A DNA stretch of 63,966 bases, the filler included, from Actinomycetota bacterium (lineage in GTDB: Bacteria; Actinomycetota; CADDZG01; JAHWKV01; JAOPZY01), in NCBI GenBank assembly GCA_025963875.1. It is 6 parts of 6 records of this genome, joined end to end, with 100 filler letters (N's around TTAATTAATTAA, not from the genome) between each part and the next. Parts side by side here need not be neighbours in the genome. Positions count along the whole stretch, not along the records: positions 6,091 to 20,138 come from JAOPZY010000026.1; positions 20,239 to 43,384 come from JAOPZY010000030.1; 4 more parts are not named here. The stretch is one strand, 5' to 3'. Numbering within the stretch: the stretch's first letter is position 1; the number at the start of each line of letters is the position of its first letter. The notes below the pieces were generated by a model, which saw only the letters and a program-made list of their open reading frames with translations, did not search any database and was not told the DNA's origin. Position numbers and translations under genes: made by a program. Below, in pieces: positions 9,888-23,875 of the stretch.

Positions 9888-10094
9888 TTGGACGACATCT
9901 CGTTGCGCCTGGTTGTCCTGTGGCACCGGATGCTCGAGGTCCTGGAGGACCCGAGCGGGTTCTCAACGGCCGAGCTCCTCGGCAACGCCGCCATGGCCAT
10001 CGGGGCCCTCGTCGTCATCTGGGGTGGGCTCCGCCTCATGGGGATCAACCTCCTCACGGAGATCCAGAACGCCATTGAGAAAGCGATGCACTAG
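9888..10094 (+). CDS. Flp-type pilin
   Basis: 68 aa, prepilin motif G|FSTAE followed by a hydrophobic helix. Confidence 0.75.
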   Translation: MDDISLRLVVLWHRMLEVLEDPSGFSTAELLGNAAMAIGALVVIWGGLRLMGINLLTEIQNAIEKAMH

Positions 10095-10476
10095 GCCCCC
10101 AAACGACAGAGGCTTCATCACGGTCGAGTACGTCCTCGCCGTCTGCATCTCGATGGTCGTGCTGGTGCTCATCGCCAACCTCATCGTCTTCGAGTACGGC
10201 CACGGGGTCGTCCGGGCTGCGGTCGACCAGGGGGTCCGGGAAGGCTCCCGCACGGTGACGCCGGTGGCGTCCTGCGAGGTCGCCGCGCAGCAGGTCGTCA
10301 CCGACCTCCTCGGCGGGCGGAGCGGGTCCATGGGGGCCGGGGTCGCCATCACCTGCACGCAGACCGGCGGCCGGCTCGACGCCAGGGCGACGGGGCGGTT
10401 CAAAGCCTGGCTGAAGCCGGTGCCCGACTGGTCGTTCACGTCGACGGCGACTGCGGTCGTCGAGCCCCCGCCGTGA
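10075..10476 (+). CDS. TadE-like minor pilin
   Basis: DRG|FITVEY prepilin motif, hydrophobic helix, AAVDQGVREG. Probable TTG start. Confidence 0.8.
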   Translation: MRKRCTRPPNDRGFITVEYVLAVCISMVVLVLIANLIVFEYGHGVVRAAVDQGVREGSRTVTPVASCEVAAQQVVTDLLGGRSGSMGAGVAITCTQTGGRLDARATGRFKAWLKPVPDWSFTSTATAVVEPPP

Positions 10477-10480
10477 AGCC

Positions 10481-10897
10481 GTGAAGCGCAGCCTGGGTGT
10501 CGAGGGCGGGTACGTCTCCCTGGAGCTGGTCCTGGGCCTGGCGCTGCTCGTCCTGCCGATCGCCCTGATCGTCCTGACCCTGCCGACGTGGCTCGCCCGC
10601 CAGAACCTGGCCCGCCTCGCGGCCCAGCAGGCGGCCCGCACCGCGGTGATCGCAGCCTCGCCCGATCAGGGTGCGACCGCGGCCGGCACGGTCGCCACCG
10701 ACGCCGGCCTCGATCCCGCCAGGGACCTCAGGGTGGCATGGGAGCCGGGATCGAGCTTCGCCCGGGGCGGGCTCGTGACGGTGAGGGTCACCGTGCAGAG
10801 CCCGGCGATCGCCATCCCGTTCCTCGGCACCTTCGGGTCGTTCCCCCTCACCGCCACGTTCTCCGAGCGGGTGGACCAGTACCGGAGCGGGCCGTGA
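10481..10897 (+). CDS. TadE/TadF-like minor pilin
   Basis: GG|YVSLEL motif, hydrophobic helix, AAQQAART. Confidence 0.8.
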   Translation: MKRSLGVEGGYVSLELVLGLALLVLPIALIVLTLPTWLARQNLARLAAQQAARTAVIAASPDQGATAAGTVATDAGLDPARDLRVAWEPGSSFARGGLVTVRVTVQSPAIAIPFLGTFGSFPLTATFSERVDQYRSGP

Positions 10898-11316
10898 GTC
10901 GGGACGACCGCGGCTTCCTCACGATCTGGCTGCTGGGGCTCTGCCTCCTGCTGCTGGTCCTCGGGGGCGTGAGCCTGGACCTGTGGCGCGTCTTCTCCGA
11001 GCGCCAGGCGCTCGCCGGACTCGCCGACTCGGCCTCGCTGTCGGGTGCCGCCGGCCTCGACCTCGACGCCGCGCGCCGGGGGCTTGTCCGGCTCGACCCC
11101 ACCGACGCGGCCGGACGAGCCCAGGCCAGCATCACCGGCCAGACCGACAAGGGCTCTCTTGTAGTCTCTAGCGTGAGGATCGTGGTGGTGCAGAATCCAT
11201 CGGAGGTGACGGTGAGCGCTGACGGGCAGGTGCACCTGACCTTGCTGCGCCTGCTGCTCGGTGACCGCCCCGTGACCCTGCACGTGAGCTCGACGGCTGC
11301 TGCGAGGTCCTCGTGA
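10894..11316 (+). CDS. TadG-like pilus assembly protein
   Basis: DDRG|FLTIWLL, LDLWR...LADSASLSGA (Tad N-terminal pattern). Confidence 0.75.
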   Translation: MSRDDRGFLTIWLLGLCLLLLVLGGVSLDLWRVFSERQALAGLADSASLSGAAGLDLDAARRGLVRLDPTDAAGRAQASITGQTDKGSLVVSSVRIVVVQNPSEVTVSADGQVHLTLLRLLLGDRPVTLHVSSTAAARSS

Positions 11317-11924
11317 GGGTCCAGGATCCGCCCGGGCGCGGTTTCCACCCGGGCATCGACTCCGACGACGAGGACGGGCTCAACCGTTCCTGGCTGCGCC
11401 GCCATGGGGCCGCCATCTTCCTGGCATGCCTCCTGGTCTTCGGTGGGGTGACCATCCTCGTCGAAGTCGGTCCCAAGGGTCTTCTCGGCTTCAGCCCGCA
11501 GAGCAAGCCCACGGTGGTCAACCCGAGGCAAGCGGAGTTCGAGGGCGTCATGCACCACATCTACGACGTGGCGAACCAGGCGGTCCGTGAGCGCCGCGCC
11601 GACCTGCTCGGCCAGGCCTACTCGGAGCACTGCCAGTGCTATGCGCAGGTGAAGGCGACCATCGACCGCCTGCTCGCCACCCACGAGACCCTCGGGGGGG
11701 CCGGGATGCAGGTGACGGCCGTGGAGGTGGAGCTGGCCACCTCGCAGGCGGCGATCCTGCGGGTGACGGACAAGATCGACCCCTACCCCCAGTACGCAGA
11801 ATCGGGAGCGCTGGTCGCCACCGTTCCGGGCCGGACGCCGGTGCAGTTCACCGTGACCCTGGAGCGGCGCAATGGCACCTGGCTGATGACCGACGCCGTC
11901 CCGGCCGCCAACGCACTCCCCTAG
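11313..11924 (+). CDS. Single-pass membrane protein with extracellular NTF2-like domain, end of Tad operon
   Basis: One TM helix, CxCY motif, C-terminal TLERRNGTWLM. Coupled to the previous gene. Confidence 0.6.
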   Translation: MRVQDPPGRGFHPGIDSDDEDGLNRSWLRRHGAAIFLACLLVFGGVTILVEVGPKGLLGFSPQSKPTVVNPRQAEFEGVMHHIYDVANQAVRERRADLLGQAYSEHCQCYAQVKATIDRLLATHETLGGAGMQVTAVEVELATSQAAILRVTDKIDPYPQYAESGALVATVPGRTPVQFTVTLERRNGTWLMTDAVPAANALP

Positions 11925-11986
11925 TCCAACTTTGGGTCAAAAAGACCCATTTCCGGGCGTTTTGGCACAAAGTTCGGTGGCGGCCC

Positions 11987-12880
11987 TCATTCCTCGGCGA
12001 GCAGGCTTGCGAGCTGGCGGGCGTTGACGACCGCATAGTCCCGGTAGCAGTTGTTCATCAGGACGTGCACCTCCCTGGCCTGGCCGGCGAGGCCGCGGAT
12101 CCTCGGGACCCACTCGGCCAGCTCGTCCTGGGTGTAGAGGTAGGCGAACCGGGGGGTTGCGGTTTCGTGCTTGCCCTTCCACTGCTCGACGTTGCGGCCG
12201 TGGAACCGGACGTAGGCAAGATCGGGCGCGGTCGCAGCGGCCACGGGGGGCATGCTCGAGCGGAATCCCTGCGGCATGTCGACGGAGGTGTAGGGGATGC
12301 GGTGCTCGGTGAGGAACCGTAGGGTGCGCTCGGCGTTGCGCTCGTTCATCCAGGCGGCGTTGCGGAACTCCACCGCCACCTGGTAGTCGGGGAGGCGCTC
12401 GACGGCCTCGAGGATGTAGGCGCGGCTCTCGTTGCCGGGCAGGAACCATTCCGGGAACTGGAAATGGATGGCGCCCAGCTTGCCGGCCGAGTGCAGCGGC
12501 ATGAGGGCGTCCCGGAATCGCTCCCACACCTCGTCGACGACGTGGGCGGGAAGATGCGACGGGTACAGGAAGCGCTTGCCCCGGTGCTCGGCGGGGACCT
12601 CGGCACGCAGGTCCTCGGGGATCGAGTTGGGCCGGGTGGGGTGCTGCGTGAGCAGCGAGTAGGCCTTGACGTCGAAGGTGAACTCCGCCGGCGAACGCTC
12701 CGACCACAGAGCGGCGTTGCGCTCCGTGGGGGGGTAGTAGTAGGTGGAGTCGACCTCCACGATCGGGAACTGACTCGCGTAGTAGCGGAGCCGGTCCTCA
12801 GGTGTTTTCGCCTCGGGCGGGTAGAACAGCCCGCTTTCGACGAGGGACTTGTCGGTCCATGAGGCGGTGCCGACGAGCAC
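11987..12880 (-). CDS. DUF72 family protein (second copy)
   Basis: Motifs VGTASWTD, VEVDSTYY, FQFPEW, AVEFRN, YVRFHGRN, LMNN. GGAGG precedes the GTG start. Confidence 0.9.
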   Translation of the reverse strand: MLVGTASWTDKSLVESGLFYPPEAKTPEDRLRYYASQFPIVEVDSTYYYPPTERNAALWSERSPAEFTFDVKAYSLLTQHPTRPNSIPEDLRAEVPAEHRGKRFLYPSHLPAHVVDEVWERFRDALMPLHSAGKLGAIHFQFPEWFLPGNESRAYILEAVERLPDYQVAVEFRNAAWMNERNAERTLRFLTEHRIPYTSVDMPQGFRSSMPPVAAATAPDLAYVRFHGRNVEQWKGKHETATPRFAYLYTQDELAEWVPRIRGLAGQAREVHVLMNNCYRDYAVVNARQLASLLAEE

Positions 12881-12900
12881 CCGGCCTCCGCCGGAGCCTC

Positions 12901-13911
12901 CTACCTGGCCCGCGATCCTGCCTCGTTGCGAGCGTGCAGCGGGTCGAGACGGAAGACGGCGGGCAGCGGGCCGGGCGCCCCCTGAGACTCCGCTCCTGCG
13001 GCCAGTGCCCAACGTCGGGCTTCCGTCTCCTGCCGCTCCTTGATCTCCTTGATCTCGCTGCGCCCACCGGTGATTCGGACGGGTGCGGGAACCGGGATCG
13101 GCCGCTGCCTCGGCTCCGGCGTGAGGTCGACAACCCGCCACCGGGCCGAGCCCTTCGGATCCGCTGCCCGGCGGGTCTGGCCGACGCCAGCGCGGGACGG
13201 GCGTTCATCGAGGCTGGGCCGGCGGACCTGCTCCCTGGCAACCGGCCGCTGTACCGGCTGGGCCGGCAGGTGCCCAGCGGCAGGCTGGCGCACCGGACGC
13301 CCGGGGGAAGCCTGACGGGCCGCCGTACGTGGAGCGCTCGCCATCTGCGGCCTCGGTGACGTTGTCCGAGGCTGGGTCCGAGGGGAGTCCCACTGGGGCA
13401 ATGGGGGCAACTGGGACGTGGTGCGTGGGGACGTTCTGGCGGCAGGACGCGCGCCGCGAGGGACATCCGGCCGGCCCGGGCGGGCGACGTCACGGTAGGG
13501 GGCCCGCTCGGGGGCCTGGCTGGATTCCACCGGGCCCGTGGTCCGCATCGCCGCGAGGGCGCCCGATGTCGCCCAGGCGATACGGGGCCCGCTGGGGGCC
13601 ACGCTGCCGAGCGACCAGCCGTCCGCCGGCCAGCGTGCCGGCCGGGGCTCGGGGTCGCGTTCCCTGAGGTCGATCACGCGGTTGGCCCGGCCTCGCCGTG
13701 GGGTCTCCATCACAACCACCGTCGATGTCTCGGAGGTGGACGGCGAGACCGCCCGGTGGCGGCGACCCTGCGGGGCAAGGCTTCGGCGGGCCTTGCGGAA
13801 GCGCTGGATGCTGCGGTTGGAGTCTGGCGTTGAGTGGACCATCCATGCGACTGCGGCAATCACGACCAACCACAGCCCTACCGCGAGCAGACTGACGACG
13901 AAGCCTCTGAT
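12901..13911 (-). CDS. Hypothetical membrane-anchored Pro/Arg-rich protein (start uncertain)
   Basis: N-terminal TM (FVVSLLAVGLWLVVIAAVAW) after a GGAGG, then a long low-complexity tail. Confidence 0.45.
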   Translation of the reverse strand: MRGFVVSLLAVGLWLVVIAAVAWMVHSTPDSNRSIQRFRKARRSLAPQGRRHRAVSPSTSETSTVVVMETPRRGRANRVIDLRERDPEPRPARWPADGWSLGSVAPSGPRIAWATSGALAAMRTTGPVESSQAPERAPYRDVARPGRPDVPRGARPAARTSPRTTSQLPPLPQWDSPRTQPRTTSPRPQMASAPRTAARQASPGRPVRQPAAGHLPAQPVQRPVAREQVRRPSLDERPSRAGVGQTRRAADPKGSARWRVVDLTPEPRQRPIPVPAPVRITGGRSEIKEIKERQETEARRWALAAGAESQGAPGPLPAVFRLDPLHARNEAGSRAR

Positions 13912-14013
13912 AGGACCTCCCCCCTTCCGGTAACTGGGGCATCCTAGCGGAGACGTTATAGCGAATGCATCTTTTGAGGCCGGATTCCAGGGACCGCCGG
14001 GGGCCGTCTGACC

Positions 14014-14057
14014 TTGACAGAAACAGGAAGAGAGCGCAGGATTGAGCATATGCTTAA
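14014..14057 (+). promoter_or_regulatory. Sigma70 promoter of tetR with a palindromic operator over the start codon
   Basis: TTGACA-17 bp-CAGGAT, with ATG 7 nt downstream. Near-perfect palindrome TTGAGCATATGCTTAA at 14042-14057. Confidence 0.65.
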
Positions 14058-14718
14058 ACCACCTGCTCAAAACGATCAGTCCCCCGCCACGACGAAGGAG
14101 CGCATTGTCGCCGCGGCCCTGGAGACCTTGAAGGAGGAAGGATTTGCAGGGACGAGCGCCCGGGCCATCGCCCGGCGGGGGAACTTCAACCAGGCGCTGA
14201 TCTTCTACCACTTCGGGACGTTGAACGACCTGCTGCTCGCCGCCCTCGACCGCACCAGCGCGGAGCGCATGGCCCGCTACCGGGAGGCCGTCCGCCGCCC
14301 GGGCACCATCGAGGACCGGATCCGCATGGCCACCGACCTGTACCGGGAGGACCTGCAGACCGGCCACATCACGATCATCTCGGAGCTGATCGCCGGCAGC
14401 CTGGCGAGGCCCGACCTCGGTCCCGAAGTGGTCGCCCGTTTGGAGCCGTGGGTGGAGCTGGTCGAGGACGAGCTTTCCGGCATGCTGGCCGGGTCGCTGC
14501 TCGGCAGCCTGCTCGGGGGCGTCATCCAGCCCCGCCCGCTGGCCTTCGGGATCATCGCGCTCTACCTCGGCGTCGACCTGCTGTCGCACCTCGACCACGA
14601 CCACTCCCGTGCGGAGGCCCTGTTCGAGACCGCCGGCAAGCTTGCCCCCATGCTCGCGCCGCTCATGGGGGAGCTGCCACAGGATCCCGACCCCGGTAGC
14701 GGCGGAGAGGTTTCGTAA
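14050..14718 (+). CDS. TetR/AcrR family regulator
   Basis: N-terminal HTH TSARAIARRGNFNQALIFYHFG. Confidence 0.92.
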   Translation: MLKPPAQNDQSPATTKERIVAAALETLKEEGFAGTSARAIARRGNFNQALIFYHFGTLNDLLLAALDRTSAERMARYREAVRRPGTIEDRIRMATDLYREDLQTGHITIISELIAGSLARPDLGPEVVARLEPWVELVEDELSGMLAGSLLGSLLGGVIQPRPLAFGIIALYLGVDLLSHLDHDHSRAEALFETAGKLAPMLAPLMGELPQDPDPGSGGEVS

Positions 14719-14743
14719 CTTTTCGTCGTCTGACGACAAATTC

Positions 14744-16889
<2,146 letters not shown>

Positions 16890-16893
16890 CGAT

Positions 16894-16975
16894 CACATCC
16901 CTTCGCGGGCATTGTCCCGATCAGGTCGACGGGTCGTGGGCGAACCCACCTCTCAGCCTGGAAGCTCCCCGAGTG
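16894..16975 (-). ncRNA. TPP riboswitch
   Basis: Minus strand CACTCGGGGAGC...GCTGAGAG...ACCCGTCGACCTGATC...AATGCCCGCGAAGGGA directly upstream of thiO. TATACT -10 box at 16984-16989. Confidence 0.93.
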
Positions 16976-17002
16976 CTCGACGAAGTATAGGGCCGCGCTC
17001 GC

Positions 17003-18121
17003 TCAGGCGTCCCCTTTTCCGAGGCGGCGGGCGTACCGGAAGACGTGGACTGCAATCAGGGCGATGAAGAGGGCCGCTGCCAGGAAGGGCAGTTTCTGCG
17101 ACGTGGTGGTCTTCGCATAGCCTTCGCCTCCGGACGGGAGTCCCGCGGCGCGGGCGGGAGCGGGGACGTCGGGCAGGGTGGCGGTCGACGTGGGGAGCGC
17201 CTGGGCGAAGGGCAGGGTGGGAGCAAACGTGCTCGACGGGTCCTGCGCCGGGGCGCTCCCGGAGGTCGGTCTGGTTGACGGACTGGTTACCGGAGCGGCC
17301 GCGGTCGGCGTCACCGGGGTGGCGGCGACGATGGTGCCGCTGGGGAGCGAGGCCGCCGAGGCGATGCCGTTGGGGTCGGTGGGCGACTTCCGCAGTGCCA
17401 CGATCTCGTAGGTGAGGGGCTTGCCCTGCGGCGCCTTCGTATCCCGGAAGCTGTTGGTCGGCGACGTCTCCACGGGCGAGTACGCCGCGCCGCCCGCCGA
17501 CCGCAGGATCCGGTAGCCCGTCACGTCGGGCTCGGAATTGGCGGTCCAGTTGAGCACCGGCACCGCCCCGTCCAGGCCCGCCGCCGCACCGGGGGGCTGG
17601 GCGGGGGGGTTGTTGACGAGCAGGTTGCCGACCACGGCGTGGGCGGCGCTGTTCAGCATCGATACCGCCGTGGCCGAGATCTGGTAGGTCCCGTTGTACC
17701 TGAGCGATCCGGTGTCCCAGGGCATCTCGATCGTATCGGCGATCTTCCCGCTTCCGAGCACGACGAGGGGATACGTCCGCGACGTGGTGGCGCCCGGCGG
17801 GAGCGCCGGGATTGACCTGTCCGCCGGGGCGATGCTGACGGCGAAGCTCTTGAGCGACGACAGGCTCAGGGCGTCCATCCGGATGTTCCAGGAGCCGCTG
17901 AGGGTCGACCCCGTGGGAGGAGTGCACCGATGGGCGTCGGCGGCGGATGCGTCGGGGGACGGCTGCCAGATGGTGATGGAGACGTCGAGCTGCGAGGTCT
18001 GCGTGCCCGTGCACGGGTCGGCGGCGGCCGGCGCCGGAACTGGCGGGGCCGCCGAGGCGACGACGAGCGCGCAGGCCGCAGCCAGCAGGCATCGCCGCAG
18101 GGCCGGATGCCGGAAGGTCAC
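17003..18121 (-). CDS. Secreted surface protein (Ig-like + FN3-like), probable sortase substrate
   Basis: Signal peptide, WDT..NGTY, WTANSEPDVTGY, Pro/Thr linker, C-terminal TM and basic tail. Confidence 0.75.
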   Translation of the reverse strand: MTFRHPALRRCLLAAACALVVASAAPPVPAPAAADPCTGTQTSQLDVSITIWQPSPDASAADAHRCTPPTGSTLSGSWNIRMDALSLSSLKSFAVSIAPADRSIPALPPGATTSRTYPLVVLGSGKIADTIEMPWDTGSLRYNGTYQISATAVSMLNSAAHAVVGNLLVNNPPAQPPGAAAGLDGAVPVLNWTANSEPDVTGYRILRSAGGAAYSPVETSPTNSFRDTKAPQGKPLTYEIVALRKSPTDPNGIASAASLPSGTIVAATPVTPTAAAPVTSPSTRPTSGSAPAQDPSSTFAPTLPFAQALPTSTATLPDVPAPARAAGLPSGGEGYAKTTTSQKLPFLAAALFIALIAVHVFRYARRLGKGDA

Positions 18122-18954
18122 GTGATGGGTTGCGACGAGACCATCTCGGCCCGGGCGACCAGTCGCTGCGAGGCCTGACCCTTCGGGTTGCAGGTGGTCA
18201 GCGTGAGCAGGTGCGACTGGGTCGTGACGGAGATGACCGTCCAGTCCTCGGGGTTGGTGGCCCACGGGTTGGCGTGCCCGTCGAAGCCAGGGACGATCTT
18301 GTAGTTGTAGGTGGCGAACGGTGTCTGCAGGATGACCTGGTCGCCAGGGACAAGTTTGTCCAGGTCGCCGAACGGGTGACCGTTCATCGTGCGGTGCCCG
18401 GCGATGGCCACGTTGCCCGCGTCGCCGGGCAGGGGGCTCTGCGGGTAGTGGCCGGCGCCGGCGGCAAGGGCTTCGTCGGAGGTGCCCTCGACGACGACGG
18501 TCTCGACACCCAGCTTCGGGATGAGGATCCGTGTGACCGGGCTGCCGATGGCGAAGTTGCGATTCTTGTACTGCTCCAGGAGCTTCGTCCGGTCCGCCGC
18601 GTCTTTCGATGCCTGGTCGAGCTGGTTCTTCAGCACCCTCTGGTGGCGGGCGGCCTGGATGTCGGTGTAGAAGGGGTAGCCCCCCACGCCGACGGCGACG
18701 AGCACGAGGGCGCAGGCGATGGTCAGCAACAGGAACGCCGCCAGCTTGCGCGGCTTGCGGCGGCGGGGTCCCGATCCTTCGGGCACCACCGGTGGGGCCG
18801 GGGGCGGGGGAGGGCCGGGACGGTCGGGGCTCAGTACGCCGACCGGTGCCGTGGGGGGCCGCGAGGTTCGAGGCTCTTCCGGATTTTTCACTCTGGTTCC
18901 CCCCAGACCTGCCGCTCGAGCCGGTCCCTCGACCGCAGGGTCACGCCGTGGCAT
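18118..18954 (-). CDS. Sortase (class D/E-like)
   Basis: TM anchor, GAGHYP, AIAGHR, TLTTC, RLVARA (His-Cys-Arg triad). Confidence 0.93.
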   Translation of the reverse strand: MPRRDPAVEGPARAAGLGGTRVKNPEEPRTSRPPTAPVGVLSPDRPGPPPPPAPPVVPEGSGPRRRKPRKLAAFLLLTIACALVLVAVGVGGYPFYTDIQAARHQRVLKNQLDQASKDAADRTKLLEQYKNRNFAIGSPVTRILIPKLGVETVVVEGTSDEALAAGAGHYPQSPLPGDAGNVAIAGHRTMNGHPFGDLDKLVPGDQVILQTPFATYNYKIVPGFDGHANPWATNPEDWTVISVTTQSHLLTLTTCNPKGQASQRLVARAEMVSSQPIT

Positions 18955-19011
18955 GGGCCTTACTTTACCCGGTCTCCAGGTCGTGAGGCAGGGAAGGCTG
19001 GTGAGAGTTGC

Positions 19012-20138
19012 TTAGACCGGAGCGTTCCGCAGCTTGCGGGCGAAGCGGGTGATGTGGACGGCTGCAACCAGCAGGAAGGCGGCGGTCGCCACGTACTTGA
19101 CCGCGTCGACGGGCGTCACCTTGACCCCACCGGGCAGGGCGACCACCGTCGACGGGCCGCCCGGGTCGGCCTGGGCAGCCACCGGCGCCGGCACGTTCGA
19201 GTTCGAGGGGACCTCCGGAATCTTGCCCGAGTAGGGCAGCAGCGGTGCGAACTGCACCACGTTTGGCTGCGGGAGCTGCACGACCCGGGTGGGCAGCGTT
19301 GGGGCGACGAGCGGGGTGGAGGGCTTGATGACGCCGAGGGTCACCGGCTGCTTCATCGGCCCGGCGGGGGCGGCGCCCTTCGCCGGGTCGGCGGTGGCGA
19401 CGTTCTGTGGGGCCGACGGGTCGCCGGCCGGCGCGGGAACCGACACGGATGCCGTCTGGTCGGACGTCACGGAGCCGATCATTCCGGACGGGTCGATCGG
19501 GCTGAACCGCAGGGCCGTCACCTTGTAGCTGAACGCCTGGCCCTTGGGGGCGCTCGCGTCCCGGAAGGAGGTGGTGGTGATGAGGCCGCTCTCCAGGGCC
19601 TGGTCCGAGCGGAAGACCTGGTAGCCCTTGATGTCCGGCTCTGGGTTGGCGCTCCAGCTCACGACGGGGACGCCGGAAGCGTCGAGGGACGTCTGGACCC
19701 CGGTCGGGGCGGAGGGAACGTTGTTGACCTTCAGGGTTGCCTGCTGGTTCTCCGATGGGGGAGACAGCGGCCCCACCTCGGCCCCCGTGGCCGCGAAGGT
19801 GTAGTTCCCGTTCTTCGTGGCGGTCGGCTTCGTGTCCCACGCAGTGCTGGCGGTGGCGAAGTTGCCGCTGTTCGAGGGGGCCGAGCCCGACGCCACAACC
19901 TTGCCGTCCGGGTCCTTGACGGTGAACGAGAGGGTCGTCGAGCAGATCAGGAGGCAATCGGTTTTTGCCGACACGGCAACCCGGATGCTGTGTGGGTCGA
20001 GGCTCGCCGGTAGCGGCGTGCCGTCGGACGGGGTCAGGGTGAAGGTGATGTGCGGCGAGGCGAACGCCGGGGCGGCCGTGCCGATCGAGAGGGCCGTGAG
20101 TGTCCCCGCAACGGCGAGGGACCCGAGAAGACGCTTGA
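19012..20138 (-). CDS. Secreted surface protein, paralog of 17003-18121 (5' end cut by contig end)
   Basis: The frame extends to the gap with signal peptide KRLLGSLAVAG...APAFA. Shares the WDT..NG.Y, WSANPEPDIKGY and ALR.SP.DP.G blocks. Confidence 0.78.
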
Positions 20139-20238
20139 NNNNNNNNNNNNNNNNNNNNNNNNNNNNNNNNNNNNNNNNNNNNTTAATTAATTAANNNNNN
20201 NNNNNNNNNNNNNNNNNNNNNNNNNNNNNNNNNNNNNN

Positions 20239-23796
<3,558 letters not shown>

Positions 23797-23816
23797 ACCG
23801 GGGGCTCGAGCCATGT

Positions 23817-23875
23817 TTCCGTCAAAAAGTGTGCCCACGGCCCTTTTTGACGGAATCTACTTTGACGGAATCTAC
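23817..23875. terminator. Hairpin between convergent metH and fbiC, followed by a 15-bp direct duplication
   Basis: TTCCGTCAAAAAG...CTTTTTGACGGAA, and TTTGACGGAATCTAC twice (23846-23875). Confidence 0.6.
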
